NCBI GenBank assembly: GCA_951406725.2
Contig: OX597816.1
Span: 114,390,001 to 114,454,000, forward strand
Direction of reading: 5' to 3'
Length of the DNA: 64,000 nt
Source of the DNA: Octopus vulgaris
Lineage: Eukaryota
Shown here: in pieces, positions 53,138-64,000 of the stretch
Layout: every line of letters begins with the position of its first letter
How positions within the stretch are numbered: the first letter of the stretch is position 1
The notes under the pieces: generated by a model
Database searches by the model: none
What the model was told of the DNA's origin: nothing
What the model saw: only the letters and a program-made list of their open reading frames with translations
Made by a program: the position numbers and the translations under genes

Positions 53138-53858
53138 TTTATTAAGCCATGTAGGGCTGAACACAGAAGGGGCTATACAATGTAGAAATTTTCTTTTCAA
53201 AATCAATCAATAGGGATTGAAAACGTTTTGGGATGTGTACACAAAGAGATAACAACAGAAATTCTCAAATGGGGAAGAAAATATAACACTGACTAGGGTT
53301 ACCCGTGGGAAGAAAAACCTATGGAAAAGAACCATGAGAGCAAAGCGCCCTTTCTCTTTTTGTTTTATGGGTTTATTCTCAAAGTGGGTCCATCATTCAT
53401 GCGTATCCACCTTTTATTAAACTTTATATTAGACAAAACTTCCCTCTGTACTCTCACTTTCCTTTTCAGGTAATACTCGAAAAAGTTGAGAGGTTGACCA
53501 AAAGGGAAAGTATTTGTCTCTAAGCCCTTCAAACAAGTCCACCATACACATTCTTTCGCCATAGGTGCTAGTACAATGAAAACTGCTTTGCCGTCCCAGT
53601 TAAAGAAGGTGGCAGGGCAATATTTATGATAGACTTGGTTGACAACCAGACTTGTCCCACACATGACAGCAGCCATTCGACATAGGGCCACAGGTCTGAA
53701 ATATTTGGACATTGCATGAGTGCATGCAGAATGGTTTCATCATTCTGACCGCATCTTGGGCAGCTTGGTTCGGTGTTTCTTGAACCGTGTCTGTAGACTT
53801 TATCTTGAATGGGCAATGCTCTCCGATAGCACTGCCAGACCAGGAATCTCTGGAAAAG
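53138..53858 (-). mobile_element. 3' end of an L1/Tx1-clade LINE (zf-RVT C-terminus)
   Basis: WQCYRRALP...CPRCGQNDETILHALMQCP (CX2CX8HX4C knuckle), then a frameshifted AKECVWWT...LKRKVRV segment; flanked by (TAGA)n. Confidence 0.8.
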
Positions 53859-54059
53859 GTAGATAGATAGATAGGTAGGTAGACGGATAGGTAGATAGGT
53901 ATTCCAACCATTCCTTTTCATTGTTTCATTGTTAATTTCACATTGTGAAATGCCCTGCCTCCACTTCTACTATCACAAAGAATTAACACAGAGAAAGCCT
54001 CTCATTTCACAGTATGGCACTGAAAAATATCATGGCAATAATAATAATAATAATAATAA

Positions 54060-54275
54060 TAATCTTTTCTATTATAGACACAAGGCCTGAAATTTTGGGG
54101 GAGGGGACTAGCTGATTACATCAACCCTAGTACTTGACTGGTACTTCATTTATCGACCCTAAAACGATGAAAGGCTAAGTCGATCTTGGCAGAATATGAA
54201 CTCAGAACATAAAAATGGACAAAATGTTGCTAAGCATTTTGCCTGGCATGTTAACGGTTCTGCTAGCTTGCCACT

Positions 54276-54317
<42 letters not shown>

Positions 54318-55040
54318 TTTCCAATAGGCACAAGGTCTGAAACTTTGAGGGAGATGATAAGTCAATCACATTGATACCAGTGCATAACTGGTACTTATTT
54401 CATCGCCCCCAAAACGATGAAAGGCAAAGTAGACCTCAGCGAATTTGGACTCATAAAGATGGATGAAATGTTGCTAAGCATTTTACCCTGTGTGCCAATG
54501 ATCGTGTAAGCTCACCACCTGAGGTTTTGGAGGAGGGGGTTAGTTGATTACACTGACTCCCAGTGTTCAACTGGTACTTATTTCAACCCAAAAAGGTTAA
54601 AAGGCAAAGTAAATCTCGGCAAAATTTGAACTCAGAGTATAGCGAGTGAAATGACTCTATACATTTCACCCAGCATGCTGATAATTCTGCCAACTAGCTG
54701 CCTTAATAATAATAATAATAATGATAATAATAATAATAATAATAATTATAATAGTTTCAAATTTTGCCACAAGGGCAGCAATTATGGGGAGGGGATGAGT
54801 CTATTACATCGACCCCAGCTTTCAACTGGTACTTATTTTTATCAACTCTGAAAGCATGAAAGGCAAAGTTGACCTCAGTGGAATTTGAACTCAGAACAGA
54901 GTGATGGGCAAAATACCCCTAAGCATTTTGTTCAGCATGCTAACGATTTTGCCAGCTCACTTTGCCTTTTAGGGTTAATAAATGAAGTACCAATCAAGTA
55001 CTGGGGTCTAGGTAATCAACTAGTCCCCTCTCCCAAAACG
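54060..55040 (-). mobile_element. Array of four SINE family B copies in (TAA)n, plus a short + strand fragment at 54960-55040
   Basis: Repeated ggcacaagg...ctggtactta...gaatttgaactcag...aagcatttt units. Confidence 0.85.
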
Positions 55041-55489
55041 TCAATAACTTGTTAAATCAACATAAATCATTCATTTTGAAAAGGTGTTAGATATATGCAA
55101 CTGAACTGATCTCTGCATATAACAGAAATAGGACTTCGGAGAAGATATGGTCAGTTTTGTAAGGGAATCAAAGAACATTTGAGCCCAGATTATTACGATA
55201 AAAAATAAAAGTCCATAATGTACGCTTCCTGTTCTATGGCTGATTGATTAGCAATAGGAAGGGCATTGGACAGTAAAAAAATATTTATTTCCACAAAAAT
55301 TTACTCTACTCATGCAAGAAAAAAACAGATTTTAAACAGTGTGGAAAAAAAAAAAAAACTGCTTCTAGTCCGGCTCACTATGATTGTGCAATCTCCACCA
55401 TTCTTAATATTTAGCATAAAAATAATAACAATAATAATAAGAATTGATAAATACTAATACTAATAATAATAATAATGATGATGATGATG

Positions 55490-55555
<66 letters not shown>

Positions 55556-56338
55556 GGTAATAATAATAATAATAGATAACAAAAATTATTATTAATATTA
55601 ATGGCTCTAATGATGTAAATAACAATAAGAAGATATATACGACATGAAAGTAAATTAAAGTTCAAAGAATTGTGAAAAAGATTTGATGGTATATGGTGGT
55701 GGTGGTGGTGGTAAAGGTAGTGGTAGCGGTGGTGATGTTGGTGGTGGTAGAGTGGTAGAGGGCAAAAATCATTGTAAAGAGAATTGAGAGACAGTAAAGA
55801 AAAATTAAACATCTTACCTTTGAGTAATCATTTCTGAAATTCAAGAGGTAACCTTGTAGGGGGGAAGGGCGTTATAAGAATCTTGGAGTGAAATGTATCT
55901 GTAGGTCAGATGAATAAGAATTTAAACAAAGTGCCAACATAAAGGTCAGTAAGAAATATAAATAGTAAACAGAGAAAATTGGAATACTTTAGCATTTATA
56001 ATAATGATTTTGTTTAACGACGCTTGTGATATTAGGAAAATAATAATGATTATGGTAATTTTGTTTTGTGTAAAGACAAGGTTTATTTTCTAAGAAGCAA
56101 GCAAGAGAGTTGATATATTGTGTGTGTGTGTTGTAGTTAGTTTTAATGATTCCCAGGAGGAGTTAAGGAGATTTTTATATGAATTAACTCAGAGTAGTAA
56201 ACTACTTAAGACAGTACTACAAGGCATTATTTCAAGAAATATTGTCACTTCCATCATTCTGCTAATGTTCATAACATTAAAAAAAACCCCCCTCAAATAT
56301 AATTATATATGCATGTGTACATTTCTGTATGTGTGTGG

Positions 56339-56385
<47 letters not shown>

Positions 56386-57316
56386 GCATACATATATATG
56401 TATACAGACATATAGATACATAGGCATACAAATGTGTGTGTGTGTGTGGGGGGGTTATTAACATATCTACAAACGTTGTTATTGTAGTAACATTGTGTAC
56501 AAGTTACATTTGTAGATATTACAATATATCCACGCACATTTTCTTATATATCTATAAAACTGATTTAAAATTCTATGTAATTCTTTTATACATAGTATAC
56601 AAACATACATGTGTGTGTATCGTTATCATGCTTCCATACACATACATATATATATGTGTGTGTGTGTATTTCATATACATATATATGTGCACAAACGTAT
56701 ATATATATATATGTGATGATATATATATATATAGATAGATAGATAAAACTTACTTGGAAAAGGATGCGTGGCATTTGATCATATAATAATATAAATAATA
56801 TATGAATATATGCATATATACATACATATACGTACATATCTACATCTATATGTGTATATACATGCATTGATGTCCTGTACCCATATATGCATGTATATAG
56901 ATGTAGGTATGTATATATATATATATGCATATATTTATATATTATATATAGATATGTATTTGTATATATGTCTTCACATAAACAAATGTTTATATGTACA
57001 CACACTCACAAAGGTTTGGGGAAGCAAACAGGAGCAATGAAACCTGATCAATATGAGTACATTTAAGTATATTTTTAAAATCAGCAGCAAATGTACGTAA
57101 GGTCAACATCTTTATGCATTGCACTAATAAAATTAAACTAACAGTTATGAATTTACTCTATGTGTATGTATGTTGGTATGTTGTCATGCATGTGTCCTGC
57201 ATTATATATCACTCTGTAACTATCTATACATATATCAGTGTGTGTGTATATATATATGTGTCTATAAACATCCATCCATATATATATTCATATATATATT
57301 TCTACATAAGCAAGTT

Positions 57317-57349
<33 letters not shown>

Positions 57350-57550
57350 GAAGATACATGCACACACACATATATAGACACACATTTATTTGAGCATATA
57401 CATATAAATATATGTATATTTAACCATATTTATATATGTGTAAGCATACATATATATATATATGCATACAGGTGTATATACAAAAATAAATGTGAGCATA
57501 TATATATATATATATAACTGCAAAAATGCATATACATACATACTATATAT

Positions 57551-57694
57551 ATATATATACACACAAATATGCAAATACATATATACATATATATATATAC
57601 ACACAAATATGCAAATACATATATACATATATATATATACACACAAATATGCAAATACATATATACATATATATATATACACACAAATATGCAA

Positions 57695-57710
<16 letters not shown>
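57551..57710. repeat. Perfect 40-bp minisatellite, four copies
   Basis: acacaaatatgcaaatacat at 57561, 57601, 57641 and 57681. Confidence 0.9.
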
Positions 57711-57750
<40 letters not shown>

Positions 57751-57934
57751 ATACATACATATATATATACATACACACACACACGCAAACACATATATAT
57801 ATATTTTCTACACCACCTGTCTTTTTATTCTGTTTTTCACATGAATTCTCCCTATATATATATATATATATATATATATGAATATGAAATGAAAACAAAA
57901 TGAGACAAGACACATATATATACACATGTACAGC

Positions 57935-57984
<50 letters not shown>

Positions 57985-58198
57985 AACACGAAAATACCCA
58001 CACACAGACATGTATACATTTTATTTTGGTTGAGTTAGTCCATTGCTATTCCAAGATTTGCCTGTCACTGCTTTGTCTTCATCAAGTTGTACTTGCACCC
58101 ACAGGTAGAAATGCAGGTAGAAATGCAGAGTAGCAAGACCTTGCCTTCACGTAAACAAATTACATTAATCTCTACTATTTTCAGCAGCTAGAAGTAAT

Positions 58199-58235
<37 letters not shown>

Positions 58236-58412
58236 ATGTGTGTGTGTGTGTGAGTGTGTGTATGTATACATATATAGATAGATATATACACACACAAAAG
58301 GATACATATATATGTACACATGTGTATACATACTATATGTGCACACACACACATATATATATATATATACACATAGAAACAAACATATACTTAATTACTG
58401 ACACCCATTTAT

Positions 58413-58478
<66 letters not shown>

Positions 58479-58509
58479 ACATACATACATACATACATAC
58501 AGACAGACA

Positions 58510-58552
<43 letters not shown>

Positions 58553-58709
58553 CCTGTCCAATCCATTGCAGCATTGAAAAGAGACATTAATTGGTGATGA
58601 TGAAAATATATATATGTCTATATGTGTGTGTATATATCTATATCTATTTATATATGTATGTATATATATATATATACATATATAATTGTATATTTATCTA
58701 TGAAGATAT

Positions 58710-58740
<31 letters not shown>

Positions 58741-58765
58741 ATTGTATATTTATCTATGAAGATAT

Positions 58766-58837
<72 letters not shown>

Positions 58838-59535
58838 CATATATACACACACACATGCACATACATGCAAGCATATACATATATATATTCATATAATGTT
58901 TTTGCACATTCAGAAACACACAGGTATATATATATATTTTTATCTATCTATCTATCTATCTATCTATCCATCTATATATATATATATATATACATATATA
59001 CACACACACACATATCGTCATATATAATGTATACACACAGAAAAACGAATTATGAGTGTCCAAAAAGAATGTATAGAATTTTAAAAACAATTTTTCTGCA
59101 AAGTAATATACACTAGATGGATGTGTGTCTAGTTGCAGACATAAATGCATGGTTAAGAATTTAGCATCCTATGGTTCAAGGTGTGTGGCTCTTTGGGCAA
59201 GTCCCATAGAAGCTGGCTGACTATAGTATTATGACAAATGAATTTATTAGAAGGAAACTGAAAGAATCCCCTTGAGCGTGTGTGTATGCATTTATGCATG
59301 TTTCCTTGTTTTGACATAGCATAATATTTGCAAAAGAGCATCACCACCATAGAAACCATGTCCTTTGTCTCCAGTCTTTTGAGAAACCAAGTCTGTCCAT
59401 GGGGTATTATGTACTTATGTGGAAATAGGTGTGTTGGCAGCAGGGACATCACCCAACTATTGATGATCTGCCTCAAAACATTGTTTCTCTTGCATGCAGA
59501 CAAAAAGAGGATGTTAAAATGATGACAGTGAGATG

Positions 59536-59587
<52 letters not shown>

Positions 59588-59764
59588 GTTGATGTGTATG
59601 TAAATACATATGTGAGTGTGTGTGTGTGTGTGTGTATGTGTGCATGTGAGTGTGTGTGCACGCACATTATAAAGAATATAATCAAGTTATATAAAATTCA
59701 CATAACAGTAAAATATAGGTATATATGTATGTGTATTATTTATGTGTGTGTGTACATATATATA

Positions 59765-60180
59765 TCTCTTTACTCTTTTTTACTCTTTTTACTTGTTTCA
59801 GTCATTTGACTGCGGCCATGCTGGAGCACCACCTTTAGTCGAGGAAATTGACCCCGGGACTTATTCTTTGTAAGCCCAGTACTTATTCTATCGGTCTCTT
59901 TTGCTGAACCGCTAAGTGACGGGGACGTAAACACACCAGCATCGGTTGTCAGGCAATGCTAGGGGGACAAACACAGACACACAAACACATACACACACAC
60001 TTATATATATATACATATATACGACAGGCTTCTTTCAGTTTCCGTCTACCAAATCCACTCACAAGGCATTGGTCGGCCCGGGGCTATAGCAGAAGACACT
60101 TGCCCAAGATGCCACGCAGTGGGACTGAACCCGGAACCATGTGGTTGGTTAGCAAGCTACTTACCACACAGCCACTCCTA
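59765..60180 (-). mobile_element. Full-length young tRNA-derived SINE family A
   Basis: Reverse complement starts taggagtggctgtgtggt (A-box), has gggttcagtccc (B-box) and CORE-like cttgggcaagtg, and ends in a repeated gtaaa(a)agag tail. Confidence 0.9.
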
Positions 60181-60182
60181 TA

Positions 60183-60300
<118 letters not shown>

Positions 60301-60433
60301 TGTGTATGTCCAAGAAAATCATAGAATTTTAAATAAATTATATGAAATTCAAATTACAATATTTACATATATACACACATATACATATATATATGTATAT
60401 ATGTATATGCATATATGTGTGTGTATGTATATA

Positions 60434-60487
<54 letters not shown>

Positions 60488-61947
60488 GTTGATTAAAATT
60501 TATGAAAATAAGTACATGTAATGCAATATATATTTGTTAGATATATATATATAATTAATAATCATTTATTTTTATTATTGTTGTTGTTGTTATTATTATT
60601 ATTATTACTATTATTATTATTATTATTAAGTTTTAGTATTGAATAACTTATATATCCTATTTACCATTAACTTAATAAATGCATTAAAGTTGCAGACGTC
60701 ATATTTAGTTATAATTTTCTTTTTTTAAAACTGACTTTTGATGTATGGGCATTGTAATTTATTCAATGTTTTAAATTTTTAATGCTGTTTATAAACTAAT
60801 TAACAAACAGCTTTGATAACTAACAAGTGAAAATATAGTTCTATTTGTATTTGCAAGTGACTTGATTTAAGATCATGTATTGAAACTAAACCAAACACAT
60901 CAATGAAAAACCTTTGTAACCACACAAAACTCTAGAATTCACTTCTTCAACTTTTAATTTATTTTATGTTGTGCCCAAAGTTTCGTGGCACAACAGTGAG
61001 ACCTTGTTGGCCACTGATGAAGATCCATTCATGGAATACATTTAAATTTGAAGTGAATTTAACAGCTTTGTATGCAATCAAATAGTTAGAATGGTTTTTC
61101 CACAATGCAATTACTTCAATTATGAATAAAAAATATATAGGATATGATTTGCTTTTTTATGTAAAAGAGATGAAGTTATGAATGCTATAACAAAACTCTA
61201 ATTATTGTTATTATTTGAAAATTGACAAATGCTTCCTTCTTGTTTTTCCATTAACTAAAAATTCTTAAAATATTAAACAAGAACTTTGGTAAATAAAAAG
61301 GAACTAAATTTCGGCTGTTTGGAAGTATACTCTTTGGTATCAAAGGAACTGAATTTAAGTTAAATCCAAAGGTTACTAGTAAAAATAAAATTATCAGATT
61401 ACTCTAACAAAACCTTAAATGAATGCTGAGAAGTATGAAAATGTGCATCATAAGATATTTAACAGCCTTTTTATATTTCTTAGGAATTTGAATTTCTCTA
61501 ATGGTATGTGAAACAATAATATGTAGGAAGTTCTGAATATATTCTAAAGAAACTATTTAGAATTTAGAAATTACTTCTAAACAAACAATATAGCATATTT
61601 ATTTTTAATTTGGACTTGGTAAAGCAAAACACACAAAAAGTGCAATTTTTTTTTTTTTCAGAAACATAAAAAAAAAAAAAAACGGTAACAAATTGAAATA
61701 AGGGAGTAATGTGGATTCTATTGCAAATGATAATAGAGGTGAAACAACACACCTCAATACATATGTAAAATTTAACACCTGGTGTGCATTATCAAAATGT
61801 GTAGCAAGTAAAGTTTCCATCAACTATAAAACAATCCTAATCACCAAACTATTTTGATGAGTCTTTAGTGAATAACAGCTACTAACAACAAAAAATATAT
61901 ATATAAAAAGATAATATTTAATGGAGAAATTGAAAACAAAAGAGGGC

Positions 61948-61988
<41 letters not shown>

Positions 61989-62942
61989 CTACTTAAATTA
62001 AACAAAAGATTTAGAAATAACACTTAGGAGAGAACATTCTTGATGTTCTTTTAAATCTTTGTGGGGAAACAAAAAAGTTACAAAACTAAACAGTAGAAAA
62101 ATATAGAAAGATGAAAAGAAATCAAAATTTTAAAAGAAATTTCCTAGAAAATGGGGGTTGAGTAGAAAGAAATATTCTTATAAGATAAAGAGATTATTAG
62201 CAATATAATAAGAGGGTAAGAGAAGATAAAAAGGGAAAATCAGAAACGAAGATCAAAGAAAAGCCAAAATGTAATTAAGTCATTTTTATAAGATAATTAA
62301 ACGGATAGTCTACGTAAAATCACCACATTTTTACAAGTGATTTCTTTGGTAACACGAGATGTGCAAAAATTTCAAAAATGAAGAGACACTGTTCAATACA
62401 AAACGGTCGAACAGCTGGACAGGCACACACACACACACAGAGTTTTAACTGTCCTACACAATTACAGTTTTATTAATGAAATTACGGCTGCATAGCCATC
62501 CATATATGTCAAACGGAGTTTTGGTTATGATTAACGGACAAGGATTCTGGTGTATAGAAAAGAATTTCAATGAGGTTTAAGGGGAATTTCTCTGATGGGG
62601 TGGGGTGGTAATTTTAAAGGAAATTAGCGAAAAAAAAGGAAGAAATAAATAAAAGACAGCAACAACTGAATTGTGATGTAACGTCCACATAATCTTAAAG
62701 TTCTAATCAAGACATGTGAAATGAAATGGTCTCAATCGGGAACTGAAACTGGTTAGCGCTTCTTAAATTCTCGGGAGTTTACCTCTGCCCTCCTAAAATA
62801 CTTTCTGTTCGATTGTAAATGAATCTGAGTTTGAACAGAACACGAGCTGAAAAGTTAACACACGCACATGTGCATTAGGAGTGTATGTATTCTATGTAGT
62901 TATACATACATTGTTTAAAAGATAAAAATGATAACTACGGGC

Positions 62943-63014
<72 letters not shown>

Positions 63015-63045
63015 ATACATACGTACATACACGTACGTATGTGTA

Positions 63046-63126
<81 letters not shown>

Positions 63127-63798
63127 TCATATATGAAGATGTATGTATAAGGAGAGAGAGAGAAAGAGTATGACAGAAGGGAGAACGAATGATACATCGT
63201 ATCCGAACCGGAGAATTTCCTGCCTTTTTGAAAACTTGAGGAAGAGGGCCTGCGAGAGAAACTTTGCAACGCCCGATAAAATTCTTCCGATGGGCCCCTT
63301 GTGTGTGTGTATGTGTGTGTGTGTGTGTGTGTGAGTATGTATGTAGGTGTGTGTGTGTGTGTGTGTGTGTGAGCGTGCGTGTGTGCTCGAAATCCTAGTT
63401 GGATAACAATGTGCATAAACACACTGAGGGCAACACACTGGTAGTAGTAAGTAACAATAAAATATTTGAAGTGTGAAGTAGCAAATTTTGTCATTGTAAT
63501 ATTAAAAAAATTTACAACTTCAGCTTCATAAGAAATGACATTTTTCCTTAAGTAAACGCACCTAAAACCAGAACTAATAGACATCGAAACAAAATCAAGG
63601 ACCTTATCATAAAAAAAAATTTACAATGGTAATAATGATAATAATAATAATAATTTCAAACTTTGGCATACAAGGCCAGCAATAATGATAATAATAATAA
63701 TAATAATAATAATGATAATAATAATCCTTTCTATTAATAATAATAACGAGCGATAAGGGGATAAGAAATAGATTTGTTGTATGAGTTATATATATATA

Positions 63799-63903
<105 letters not shown>

Positions 63904-64000
63904 AGGAAAGGGAATCGAAAGAACCAAAGAAAAAATAATGAAGAACAAAAATAACAATGATTTCTTAGAAAGACTCAAGACCAAAATTTTGAGGGTTGGG

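Noticed and set aside
57551-57710. Regularly spaced repeats as a CRISPR-like array (also the SINE arrays)
   Set aside because: No unique spacers, no cas genes, eukaryotic context.
60967-61040. Hairpin plus ctgatga as a hammerhead ribozyme (also ctgagga at 33626)
   Set aside because: No correctly placed GAAA core or stems I/III.

Overview
AT-rich, repeat-dense eukaryotic intronic/intergenic DNA, not prokaryotic. The SINE families, RTE tails and dense (TA)n/(CA)n/(TAA)n/(TACA)n microsatellites suggest an octopus-type cephalopod genome (inference). Almost all ORF-track entries are microsatellite or repeat artefacts, and no intact host gene could be identified. Supported content: three tRNA-derived/SINE-like families in many copies; a decayed RTE LINE with a PHD finger inside its RT and a twin-priming-type 5' inversion; many RTE 3'-UTR copies built of modular hairpins; an L1/Tx1-clade 3' end inside a (TAGA)n tract; DD37D (maT) and mariner fossils; pogo-, hAT- and piggyBac-like MITEs, including a three-level nest; and a 254-bp foldback palindrome. 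More speculative signals are splice-site-bounded candidate exons (a + strand transcript that could encode a 38-aa peptide, and a - strand exon with an open frame) and a homeodomain-site cluster near 49.8-50.0 kb. Repeat boundaries are read by eye and are approximate unless TSDs or TIRs are quoted.
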